Assembly: GCF_020745735.1 (NCBI RefSeq)
Contig: NC_083443.1
Span: 19,829,006-19,893,005 of the forward strand
Origin: Hemiscyllium ocellatum
Taxonomy: Eukaryota
Direction of reading: 5' to 3'
DNA: 64,000 nucleotides
A model generated the notes under the pieces. It was not told where the DNA came from. It saw only the letters and a list, made by a program, of their open reading frames with translations, and searched no databases. Made by a program: the position numbers and the translations under genes. Every line of letters begins with the position of its first letter. Positions within the stretch are counted from its first letter, which is position 1. This document shows positions 51,905-64,000 of the stretch, piece after piece.

Positions 51905-52168
51905 CTTCCTCTTAGACCCTCTTAACAATGACTTTGCTGTGCCTGGAGACAAGGTTGGCTGTGTATCGTCATTCTCCTCTTCATTCTCTTCTTCACTCAT
52001 TTCATATGCATTTTCCACTGTTGATTCGCTATTGGCAGGTAGACATTCGGATTGCATTAATCTATTTTTACATGCTGGACTAGCAACTGAATGCTTACTA
52101 GCCTGCATTTCAGCATACTGCTCTTGCTCTTTTTCCCAACAGCTAGCTTGCTCCATCAATTGCTCAGC
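51905..52168 (-). CDS. KAT6B: KAT6B third-last coding exon
   Basis: Reads AEQLMEQASCWEKEQEQ...SKRK. Has a ttttag acceptor and GTAAGT donor at 51904. Length 264 nt, phase 0-0. No MYST-domain exon found in the rest of the window. Confidence 0.92.
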
Positions 52169-53389
52169 CTAAAATTGTAAGCAGATAAACACAACATAAA
52201 TTCAACAGTTGTGAAACTAGACCTTTTACGAATTAACAGTTTAGTCAAATACAATTATCAACCATCTAATGAAACTGCTCCAAATGAATCATGTCGTAAG
52301 TAATTTATTCATAATAGTATGTAACCGAATAACTTTTTGAGAACTAATGATTATAAAGTGGACTTTTAAATGTTTTGCACGGTAGTACATGGTTCATTAA
52401 CAGGGACTAACACAGTATATCTCCTTAGAAGCATTCATTTAAAATTAGTAATTTTGCTTTTCATGGGTCATGTAAATATAGAAACATTACCGAAGCAGAA
52501 TGTTGTAGGTTCAAATTGCATGCCAAAGATGTGCAAAGAGAAGCCAGGGATGCAAAAGAAATGCAGAAAAAGATATGAAACAGGAGCATACATAGACCAT
52601 TCAGCCTTTTAAGCCTGTGCCACCATTCAATAAGATCATTGCTAAAATGTCTGTGTTTCAACTTCATATTCCTCTCTATCCCAACAACCACTGATTCCCT
52701 GAGGCCGGGCCTCACTGTCAGAGATGCCATCTCTGAAGTGATGATGTTAAATGGGCTTATATGCTTCTCCGGTAAATAGAAGGTATCCCTGGCAGTAATC
52801 AGTTTTGCCCCTGTGTCCTAATATATATCGATCAACCAACTTATTAAAACAGATGATCTAATTGTTTATCTCACCACTGCTTGTGGCAGCTTGCTGCATG
52901 GAAACTAACTGCTTTATTTTTCAATGTAGGAGAAGATGTTGGAATTTGAACTGAAAACAAAAACTCCTGGAGATCACAGCGGGTCAGGCAGCATCGATGG
53001 AGAGAAGGCAAGCTAACATTTCCAGTCCAGATGACTCTTCATCAGCTCTGATGATTCAAAATGTTAGTTTATTTTATTTTCAGTGGTGCTGCCTGGTCCA
53101 CTGCGATTGCCAGCATTTTTTGTTTTCAGCTTTGCTATATTTTCCAACGTGATTTAAAAATGACTTGGAAAATACATCATTTGCATCATTACACACTTTG
53201 CAATGTTACTGAGCTTTAAATTGACCAAAGGGCAAATTGGTTGGTGAGTGAGATAGAACTTTAATATCATATTCCAAGGAATATGATAGCTTATTATTAG
53301 CCTGATACTAATTTAAAAGGAACATTTCTGCCTTGATTTCTGGACAGCTGAAATTGATATAATTTTAAACGGAATTTCATTAAGTATAA

Positions 53390-56300
53390 AATGACACATC
53401 CAACTACATGAACAATGTTGTTGTCCAAAGGTTAACTGATAATCAAGTCTAGTTCAGTTTCTGGCTAACAGTAAACTCCAGGTAGTTGATGGTGAGGAAT
53501 TCAGTCATGGTTATTGCCTCACTGTCAAGAGGCAAGGTTTAGATTCATTCTTGTTGGAGATGCTGATTGCCTGGTACTTTTGTGATTCAAATATTGTTTG
53601 CCACTTGTCAGCCCAGAGCTGATCATCATCCACATCTTGCTACATTTGGACATGGATTGCTTCAGTGCCCGAGTCATCACAAATTATGTTGAGCATTGTG
53701 CAATCATCAGGCAGCATGCCCACTTCTGATCTTTTGATAATAACAAAGATTACTGATAAAGCAATTGAAAATACTTGGTCATTTTGTACTCCTGCACCGA
53801 AGTCCTGGAGCTAATGTGACAGACTATCAACAATCACGATCACCTCCCTTCGTGCTAAGTATGACTCCAACCAGCGGAGAGACTCCCCCTTGAATCCCAC
53901 CGACTCTAGTTTTGTTGGAGCTTCTTGATGCCACACTCAGTCAAATGCTGCATTGATGTCAAGAGCAGTCACTCTCACCTCCTCTCAGGAGTTCAGCTCT
54001 TTTGTTCATGTTTGAATCAAACACGAACGAGTGATGGATAGACTCGGAGATTCCACATCAATGGACCAAATCCACACTCTGTAGTCATGCCACATCCAAT
54101 CATGAATACTGCGACCACTAAAACAACTCATCCTCCATCATGGGGAACTCAACACTTCAGTGCAAAAGGCTGAAACATTTGCAATAATCTTTAGCTGGCA
54201 GTGCTGATTATTGCTAAGCAGTTTTACTTCATAGTACTGTTAAAGACCCCTTCATAACTATACTGAAGGGGCTGTAATTAGCTTGGATTTAGTTTGTCCT
54301 GCTTTTTGTTTATTGGGTGCACTTGGGCAGTTTTCCACATTATCCAGTAGATGTGTAGGTGTACTAGAACAGTTTGACAAGCTGCACAGCAAGTTCCAGA
54401 ACCCAAACCTTCAGTATTATTGCTGAAATGATCTAAAGGACCATGGCACTGGGTACTGAAAAGGCCTTCAGCCATTTCTTGATATGATAGTGATAAAATT
54501 AAGGAGGAATTAGACAGATTTTTACTTGGTAATGGGTTGAAGGGATATGGAGAGAAGACAGGAAAATGGGGGTGAGGAGCATATCAGCCATGATTGAATG
54601 GCAGAGCAGACTCACTGGGCTGAATGGTCTAATCCTGCTCCTATAGCTTATGAACTTGATATCACAAGGCTGAAGGCTGGCATCTGTGATACTGGAGTCC
54701 TTTGGAGGAGGCAGAGGGAGATCATTCGCTCAGCACTGCTGGCTAAAGAGGAGAGCAAATGATTCAGCCTTTTCTCTTGCACTGAAATATTGGCTTCCTC
54801 ATTATGGAGGATGGAGCTCCTCCTCAAAAAGAGTTGTTTAATTAGTCGCAGTATTAATGATTGGATGTGGCATGACCGCACAGTATGGATTTGATCCACT
54901 GATGTGGAATCTCCTTGTTGCTGTTGGGCATGTAAGTCGTCCTATGTTGTGGCTTCACTAAGTTGACACCTTATGTTTAACCTCCTGGTGTAGTACCTGG
55001 CATGCCCTCCTGCACTCTTCATTGAACCAAAGCTGACTTGACGGTAATGATAAAGTGAGGGATATGCCAGGCAATGAGATTGCAGAACAAGTACAATTCG
55101 TCTGCTGTTGATGGCCTTCAGTGTCTCAAAAGGTGCCCAGTCTGGAGTGGTTAGATCTGTTCAAAAGCTATTCCATTTAGCATGGTGCGAGTATCATAGA
55201 ACACAATGTAGGTATTCTTCACGTTTTTGTGTGATTGTCATTCTTATCAATACCATGGACACATGCTTATAATTATGCAGATTGCTGAGGATGAAGTCAA
55301 GAATGTTTCTACCTCTTGTTGGTTACTTAACCTCATATTGCAGACCCAATCTTGTGGCTATGCCTGTTTGGGCTTGACCAGTTGGTCAGTATTGGCGCTA
55401 TGATAGACATTAAAGTCCCTCACCCACAGTACATTCCTCATCCTTCTACCCTCAGTGTTTCCTTCAAGTCAGGTACAAAGTGGAGGAGCACAGTGTAAGA
55501 TGGCAGTGGAGTATCGGGGCTGTGTGCAGGCTTACACCAGGAACCCATCTCCTTTCCTTCTTTGTTTTACTTCGGCTTCTGCTCTTTCCTTTTGCTTGAT
55601 TTTCTACTATTTTTGTTTTCTCTGGCAGGTTGGTCAGTTGCACCATCAATGGCAGGAAAGTGGGCTACATGCATAATGGCGGACAAGGCTTCTCACCAGC
55701 AATAGGAACGGCAGCAGGGAGGACGTTCTCTGGCAGAAATCCTGGTGTTTGGGGTCTGTGGCTGCAGCAGCAAGGTCATTCGCCGGCATTTGGGGTCAGT
55801 GTCTGCTGCAATGAGGTCATTCTCATTGCGTTCGGGGACGGTGGCAGCAAACCTCCTCCAGCGATTGGGGACAATGGCAGCGGACTCTTCAAATGGTGAA
55901 GCCAGCAAGGAGCCATGTGCAGCCAACCCGGGAATGGTGGCCCGGCAGAGCCTAGCCTGGAAGCAGGGTCAGAGATTCTTGGTTGCAGGCGAGTGTGGGC
56001 TCAGCTGCATCAGCAAAATGGGGCCAGCAGTGAAGAGATGGTGCCTAAAGTAGAATGACTCCAGGTTATTGGGTCCGGCGCTGGCGGCAAGGTGACAGAG
56101 GTCTCCCTGTGGCTAGATGCAGGCATGGATGGGGTCAGAAAGACTGATATTCTGAACGTTTTACTTGTTTATTTTTCTAGCTGATTCTTATGACCAATAA
56201 TGAGGGACTATTTATTACTTCATTTTTCAATTATATTTTGTTTTCTAACAACTTGATTTGCATTTGTATCTGTATCCAGGTACCTTTGAACCTAAGATGT

Positions 56301-56760
56301 CACTGTACGTGGCAACTGTAAATTTTTCATGGTACTCATAAGAGTATGTGACAATAAAACAAATTCATTCATGGCCTGAAAGGTGGTGGTGCGGGTATGT
56401 GGTAACCAGCAAGTTTCCTTGTCCATTTTTGACCAGATACCATGAAACATCATGGGGTTAAGTGTCAATGTTGAAGATTCTCAGGACAAATCCTTCCAGA
56501 CTAGAGACCACCGTGCTGCCAGCTCTGCTGGATCTGTCCTTCTGTGGGACAGGATGGTAATTGAGTTGCCTGAGACACTGTGTGTAAGATAGGATTCCTT
56601 GAGTATTACGCTGTTGCCTGACTAGTCCCCGAGACAGCTCTTCTAATTATGGCACCAGCCCTCAGGTGTTTTAAAGGTGAATTTTATAGGGTCAGCAGGA
56701 CTTAATGTGTCATTTCTGGTGTCTCAGTCCGTGCCAGTTGATCTGTCTGGTTTCATTCCT
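53390..56760 (-). mobile_element. Old fragmented CR1/L2-group LINE with nested insertions (CR1 tail ~54500-54650; GC-rich element ~55490-56370)
   Basis: Long decayed LINE-like sequence. Related pieces occur at about 58430-58880 and 60850-61620. Confidence 0.45.
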
Positions 56761-58094
56761 TTTTGGTAACTCTTTGTTGTTTGATACAGTTCAGTAGTTT
56801 ACTAGGCCATTTCAAAGGATGGTTGAAAATCAACCACAATGTTGTGGTTCTAGAGTCACATATATGCCAGATCAAATGTAATCCTTCCCTAAAGGACATT
56901 GCTGAACAGGTTTTTATGCCAAACTATACAGTCACTAACTTTTTAATTCCAGCTTTTTAAAATTAAGTTCAATATTTTGCCATCTACCATACCACTGCTT
57001 CTCCCTAGTAATACTTTTGAAATTAAATATGTGATGATTTACATGCTGCTTAAGGGTTAGCCTACTTAAAGTTGACAATCTTAAATGGTTATACTGTTCA
57101 CTGGAGATTATGGGATGTAAAACTTGTGAAGGAGAAGACTGTTATTTACACAGGTTAAAGTCCTTGTCAGACCTATTCACAAATTATATAGGAACTCAGA
57201 AGTTTAAATACACAACGAAATAGTCAATGCTCAAAAATACAATAAAAATAAAACCATCCAGAGGCAGCTTTTGGAACAACAAATCATGCAGAGCCAAACA
57301 GGAAACATGGATGAAACAATCAGTTTTGTCTGTTGATGGACTTCTAAAAAAGTGTTACTTGGATGCTTAGAATTCCAATTCATCAATGGTGCTCAGATAC
57401 CTTTGGCAATGTTAAACCTTAGCAGCTGAACTGTGATTTATACTGTGAGATTCCTTTCATGTTGTACCCATTTCTTTTCAAGTAAATAAACTGAGTAATC
57501 AACAGCTTTGTCACTTTGGGAGGTGAGGCATTAAGTCTGGATATTGTCATTGCCCAAATGACATTTTGCTCCAATAATGAGTTCCTCTAATGGCTTAGTA
57601 AATCTGACAGAATAGAATAGTCTACTATATCACTATCATTCTGCATATATTAAGTATTTCGGAAAAGCAGTTCTAGCTACCAAAGCACTTTCGGCTTGAT
57701 TGGTTTCTGAACAAAGAATTTACTGGTTTTCTAATGACAGTGTCTGCAGTCTTTACATTTTCAGTTTTGATCAAAGGAACCAGCTGCCATCTTAATTCCA
57801 GCTAAAAAAAATTAACAAATACAATGTTTCTGTCCTTTTCTCATAATCACAAAATCTATATTTGCTTCAGGATACCTGACAGCTGGGTGGATATAATACA
57901 ACCAGGGACTGTACAAGTAAGATGCTAGTTGTTAATGCAGGTGTTACAGAAATAATCAAATTGATTGAAGTGTCTTCATATGATCTTACTTAGGTTTGAC
58001 TATTTTTTTATTTATGCACAGGATCACTGGCTAGGCCAGCATTTAGAGCTCATCATCAATTGCCTTGGAGAACATGGCGGCATTTTTATTTTAA

Positions 58095-58412
58095 GGGGGG
58101 CACGATGGCACAGTGATTAGCATTGCTGCCTCAAAGCACCAGAGACCCGGGTCAATTCCTGCCTCAGGCAACTGTCTGTGTGGAGTTTGCACATTCTCCC
58201 AGTGTCTGCGTGGGTCTCCTCTGGGTGCTCCGGTTTCCTCCCACAGTCCAAAGATGTGCGGGTCAGGTGAATTGGCCATGCTAAATTGCCCATAGTGTTT
58301 GGTGAAGGGGTAAATGTAAGGGAATGGGTCTGGGTGGGTTGCTCTTTGAAGGGACTGTGTGGACTTGTAGGGCCGAAGAGCCTGTTTCCACACTGTAAGT
58401 AATCTAATCTAA
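58095..58412 (+). mobile_element. V-SINE (HE1-like), full length
   Basis: Head, V-domain and (aatct)n tail. Confidence 0.85.
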
Positions 58413-61400
58413 ACTGACCTGGTGTTGTGTGATTTTTAGCTGAGCTGTCTCTTGAACTGTTCTGGTCTTTGGGAATAGGTACATACACGTGCCATTAAGG
58501 ATGGCGTTCTAGGATTTTGACTCAGCACAATGGTGATAGAAATCCAAGTCATGGCGACATGTGACAGGGTGGGGACTTTCAGCTGGTTGTATTCCCATGC
58601 ATCTGCCGCTATTATCCTTATAGGTAGTAGGGGTAGCAATTTAGAATGTGCTGTTGGAGGAGTTTTAGAGAATTGCTGCAGTGCATCTCATAGATGGTAC
58701 ACACTGCAATTACTGGATTGGTGGTGAAGATGTGTCAAATAATAGCCTGCTTTGTCCTGGATAGCTTTGGACTTCTTGAGGGCTGCTGCACATTCACTCA
58801 TTCAGACAAGTGACGACTCACATCACACTCCTGTCTTGGGCCATGCCAGTGGAAAACAGGTTTAGGGAGTTAGGAACCGAATTACATAGATCTAATTGTT
58901 GATCGCCATGATCATCTATAAGCAACACCACCAACCTTTGATTTTTATAGGGAAATGGGCTAAATCAAATAGTCAGTAAAACATTAGTAAAATATCCAGT
59001 ATACTAAGAAGGCATTTGACTGGTTCAACTACCATAAACCAGCAGCCATAATAACAAATAGATAAAACTGCAGCATCTTATTGGATAAGATCAGCTAAAA
59101 TCCCTGAATCTCATAATAAAAACAAAATTGAGTTATTGTCACCATAAATCACAAATTTTGCCTTCACTCTTCCTATTGTTGTTTGGTATAATAATGCATT
59201 TTATTCATCTGGGACAGACTAAGGCTGTACAAAATATGTTTGTTTAAACAGCGCGTGGGTGCATCACTATATTGAGTTTGCAATGTCTCTTGGAAAATTC
59301 TTCCATTCGCTCTTGCTATTCAGCAGTTGGTATATGATCAACAACAACAATGAGCATTTAGATAGTACCATCATGTAATAAAACATCTAAGGTGTTACCA
59401 AACAAAATTTGACACTGAACTACATAAGGGCATAGGAGGACAGATGACCAATAGTTTCGCCAGCCAATTATGTTTTGAGAAGCTGCTTAAAAGGACTAAC
59501 AGGAGGAAAAGAAATATAAAAAGCAAATTCCAGAGTTCCTATTCAGCTTGATGAATGCACAGTCACTAATGGTGGAATGATCAAGGATGTCCAAGAGGGT
59601 GTGTAGAGCTGAAGGAAACTACAGAGATAGGAGGCATTCAGACAACCAAGAATATGAAATTGAAAGTGAGAACTTCTAAATCAAAATGCTGCATGACCAA
59701 GAATAGAAGATAATATGATACAGATTTCATGGCAGAGTTTGAGATTCTTTTATTTACTCACAGGAAATGGACAGTGTTTCTGCACTAGGCAATTGCACCA
59801 CTCTTATACTAACATCAAATAATTTGGGTCCATCAGTGATGTGGTGAGACATTTAGACAGGGTATCCTGACTCAATTTTCATTTGTATATACATAGAAGT
59901 ACAAATCTTGTTGTAAAATGACAGCAATCTGCTAGAGTGTTTGGAAATTAGAAAAATCCTTTAAAAAGCCAATGTTTGTAGCAGACTACAGCTTCAGATG
60001 AGGGTAGATGGAGGTTAAGTATAAATTTAGAATCAAACAATCTGTCAGCTGGAGAGCTAACCAATTGACAAATCACCTCTGAAGTAGCAGATGCATTTTG
60101 CAGTTTTTCTCAACATTTCTATTAATTGCTGCCTGAAGAAGAAGAATTCAAAGTCATATAGTTGACAGTTTGTCTTCAATTCGGCAAAACTACCAGAACT
60201 TAACTTACATCGCACCTTTAATATAACAGTCCTAGACTTTGTAGAGGTGTTATGGAACATTTGTTGCTGAGTTCTTAACACCTGATCTAAACAAAAATCC
60301 CTGAAAAGGTTTCTTAAAGTGAAGCTCAGTTGTGAGGTAGCTACAGGAAGAAGCTAGCACACTCCCAGTTTAACAGTTGAAGTCAAAAGTGAGTTAAACC
60401 CACTAAGGTATTACATATAGAGACTAGTTTAACTAGTATATGAATGATGTTTTGGGAATTGTACCAAACAGTAGCGTCTTAGGTGCAGTACAAAAGCCAC
60501 TTTATTTCTTTTCAAATTATACAGGAGCATTTTGGAATTACTGGGTGTTAAAAATTCTTCTATGTTCTTCCATTTTGTTAATAAAAGCAAAACCTGCAGC
60601 ATTGTGCGCTTATGCTTCAGTGAGAGACGTCTTTGTTAAAAGAAAAACAATAAAAATATGATCCATCAAGCCAGGTTCCTGACTAGAATTGGACTTGTAC
60701 TGTAATAACACCTGTTGGGATCATAACAAAATCGTAACCTAATGGCTGCTCTGCAATGATGCCAAATCCTCTGTCTTTGTCAATTTAATGTTCCTCTTTT
60801 CCAGAACACCCCACCATTTAGTTCTTTACACAGTCTGTTATTTTATTTGCTTAGGCATGCTAGTCTTGTAGTTTCATCAGGTTGACACATATCCAGAGCT
60901 GTTCCTGGAACGGTCTTCTTGTACTCTTCACTGAACCTGGGTTGAATTCTTGGATTAATGGTAATGGAAAAATAAGGAATATGTTGGGCCATGATGTAAC
61001 AGGATATGGATGAAGACAATTTTACTGCTGCTGATCTTGTGGTGGCCAGATTTGAGCTGTTAGATCTATTCTATACTGTCTCACTGTGGTACTGCCACAC
61101 GGCATAATTGAAAGTTTGCTCAATGCAAAGGCAGTACTTCATCTAAACAAGAACTGTACAGCTGTCAACTCTACCTTTCCTGTTATGGACAGATGCATCT
61201 GCAACAGAAAGCACAAGATTTAATAGGTTTGTTCCTCTTGTTGGGTGCAAGCCCAATATGGTAGATAAATTCAAGACTCGCCACATTGTTTAGTAATGCC
61301 TTTGAGTCAGTCACTTTTGATTATGGGCAGTAAAGTTCCCAGAATTGAAACTATGTCATAATCTTCCTCAATATTTTCACTATGTGGCATTTAACCTGGA

Positions 61401-61699
61401 GGAGTATTGACTCAACAGTTGACAGAGGGCACTATCAGTTAGATGGTTTTCTTGTCTATGTTTCATCTGATGCCATGAGATAATATTGAGGATTATCAGG
61501 ACAACTCCCTCCCAACAGTATAACATCTGCGAACAAAAAGTTGGGAAAGTTATCAAAAGCCACCAGTCTTTTTACATATCTTACATATGCTCTCAACTCC
61601 AACCATATGAGACAGTGATACTGAAAGTAATTGGGTCTGGTACTATGATCACAATACTGGGGATTTATGGAGAGATGGTGGTATAGCAGTAATGCCATT

Positions 61700-62195
61700 G
61701 GACTAATGGCTGGGAAGTATAGATCAGTAAGCCTAACGTCTGTGGCAGGTAAGTTACTTGAGAAGATTCTGAGAGATAAGATATATGTGTATTTGGAAAG
61801 ACAGAATTTGATTAGGAGTAGTCGGCACGGCTTTGTGAGTGGGAGGTGATGCGTCACAAATTTGTTTGTTTCTTTGATAATGTGACTAGGAAGGTTGACA
61901 GGGGCAGAATGGTAGATGTAGTCTATATGGATTTCAGTAAGGCCTTTGATAAGTTCCACATGGGAAGCTGTTCTGGAAGGTTAGTTTGCATGGAATCCAG
62001 GAGGGGCTGGCAATTTGGATACAAAACTGGCTTGATGTTAGGAAGCAGAGGGTGATAGTGGAAGGGTGCTGTCGGACTGGAGGCCTGTGACTAATAGAGT
62101 GCCTTAGGGGTCAGTGCTGGACCTGTTACTGTTTGTTATCTATGTGAATCATTTGGATGAGAATGTACAAGGCATGATTAGGAAGTTTGCTGATG
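61700..62195 (+). mobile_element. CR1 RT fragment
   Basis: YRSVSLTSVAGKLLEKIL, HGFVSGR, DVVYMDFSKAFDK. Confidence 0.88.
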
Positions 62196-62309
62196 AGTCA
62201 CCATTAGACTAGCTTTTAACACTATTTATTTAATTCAAATTTTGTCATCACAACGTAGGATTCAATCCATGAACTCAAAACATTAGTCTGGAATTCTGGG
62301 CCTCTGTAG

Positions 62310-64000
62310 TCATAAGAGTCCTACAGCACAGAGACAGGCCCTTTGGCCCAAACTGGTCCATACCGACCAAAATGTTCCTCCACACTAACTCTATTTCCCT
62401 GCACTTGCTTATATCCTTCTAATCTTTTCCTATCCATGTATTTGTCCAAGTGCCTTTCAAATGTTGTGAGTGTATCTGCCTCAACCACTTCTGCTGGCAG
62501 CTCATTCCATATGCAGACTACCCTCTGTGTAAAAAAGATGCCCCTCAGGTTCCCTTTTATGCTTTCCTCTCTAACATCAAACTAATGCCCTCTACTCCTC
62601 GATTCCCCGACTTTGGGAAGAAGACTGAGTGCATTCCCCCTATGCATGCCTCTCATGACCTTATGCACTTCTATAAGATCCCCCTCGGTCTCCTACGCTT
62701 TAAAGTAAAAAGTCCTAGCTTGTCCAACCTCTCCCTATAACTCAGACCATTGAGTCCAGGAAACATCCTTGTAAATTTCTTCTGTACTCTGTCCAGTATA
62801 ATAACATCCTTCCTATATCAAGGTAACCAAAACTGAACACAATACTCCAAGTGTGGCCTCACATCGTGTACAAACTGCAACATAACTTCCCAACTTCATC
62901 AGGGTGATTTGGAGATGCCGGTGTTGGACTGGGGTGTACGAAGTTAAAAATCACACAACACCAGGTTATAGTCAAACAGGTTTAATTGGAAGCACAATAG
63001 CTTTTGGAGCGACGCTCCTTCATCAGGTGATAATGGAGGGCTCAACCCTAACAGAATTTATAGCAAAAATTTACAGTGTGATGTAACTGAAGTTATACAT
63101 GAAAAATTGATTGTCTGTTAAGCCTTTCAACTTTTGAATACAGTGATAGTTTCACTTCTTTCATGTGTAAATCACAAAGCCTTTTTTTTTAAAAAAAGTT
63201 GCATTCTCGGGTTAGCTGTTAACAATGGTGATAGCTAAACAATATGTTGAAAGTGTTGGCCCCCTGTGTTCTCTGTCTATGCCATGATGTTTAGATTGAT
63301 TCTAATCTAAAAAGTGAGATAACAGAGTTTTACATAAATTCATGCAGTTTTTGAGCTCAGAGTTCTACAGTAATGCATGCAGTTTTTGAACAAAGTACAA
63401 TATAACTCTGCAAGTACAAATTCACCCCACAAAATATATGTGTGCATGTGGGTCTTTGTCTGTCTGTGTGTTGTGAGTGTGAGAAAGTGTATGTATGTGT
63501 GTGTAGTGAGTGCAGAGTGTCTTAAGTCTGTGAGGGGGTGCATGTGTGACTATAAGGGTGTGCGTGGGTGTCTGTGTGCGCGTCTGTGTGGGTATGTGTG
63601 TATAGGAGTGTGTGTGTCCGTGTGAGTAAGCGTATGGGTGTGTGTGTATAGTGCAATGGTGGTCACCTGTAATGTGATATGAACCCAAGGTCCCGGTTGA
63701 GGCCCTCCCTATGGGTACTGAACTTAGCTATCAGCCTCTGCTCGGCCACTTTTCTCTGCTGCCTGTCCTGAAGTCCACCTTGGAGGATGGTCACCTGAAG
63801 GTCCGAGGCTGAATGTCCTGGACCACTGAAGTGTTCTCCGACTGGGAGAGAACCCTCCTGTCTGTTGATCATCAGGATGGGCATTGAGTATGGAAGGCCA
63901 GTGTGCCAAAAGCCTCCTTCACTGCTTTGTCTACCTGTGACTCCACTTTAAGAGAACTGTCAACCTGAACTCCAAGATCCCTCTGTTCCACTACACTCCT
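62310..64000 (-). mobile_element. CR1 LINE 3' part interrupted by a Penelope-like element
   Basis: Antisense CR1 at 62310-62895, resuming at about 63894 to the window end. Confidence 0.8.
62904..63868 (-). mobile_element. 5'-truncated Penelope-like element (GIY-YIG C-terminus, CA-rich UTR, pLTR with hammerhead motif 62995-63029)
   Basis: ORF 63663-63884 reads SLPVGEHFSGPGHSASDLQVTILQG...RKVAEQRLIAKFSTHREGLNRDLG. 8-bp TSD tcatcagg at 62896-62903 and 63869-63876. Confidence 0.85.

Noticed and set aside
41409-52168. KAT6A instead of KAT6B
   Set aside because: [12 protein letters not shown] and LMEQASCWEKE motifs plus adjacency to DUSP29/DUSP13 point to KAT6B.
55455-56053. Cluster of GC-rich ORFs as a nested gene
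   Set aside because: Lies in an insertion with a LINE-type 3' tail near 56340-56370 and has no recognisable protein motif.
1-64000. Remaining 60-160 aa ORFs in the track
   Set aside because: They map to SINE, CR1 or Penelope fragments or are chance ORFs. No autonomous intact element is present.

Overview
This is eukaryotic DNA, not prokaryotic. It is a repeat-rich vertebrate locus, most likely from a shark (inferred from V-SINE/HE1-type SINEs, many CR1 LINE ends and Penelope-like elements). The + strand carries three intact tandem atypical dual-specificity phosphatase genes, each with three coding exons and intron phases 2 then 1: DUSP13A/MDSP-like (3562-10754, 204 aa), DUSP13B/TMDP-like (16189-22728, 190 aa) and DUSP29/DUPD1 (27136-32451, 213 aa). 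Convergent on the - strand are the last three coding exons and 3'UTR of KAT6B/MORF (52168 to 41409). This matches the human DUSP13-DUSP29-KAT6B gene order. The most striking non-genic signal is a set of at least three Penelope-like element (PLE) families with minimal hammerhead-ribozyme motifs. One of them is a ~680-bp near-perfect palindromic insertion with a 16-bp target-site duplication (TSD) in DUSP13B intron 2. Two phosphatases have non-canonical P-loops ([18 protein letters not shown]). Gene names and repeat-family names come from my recall of the families, not from a database search, and repeat boundaries are approximate.
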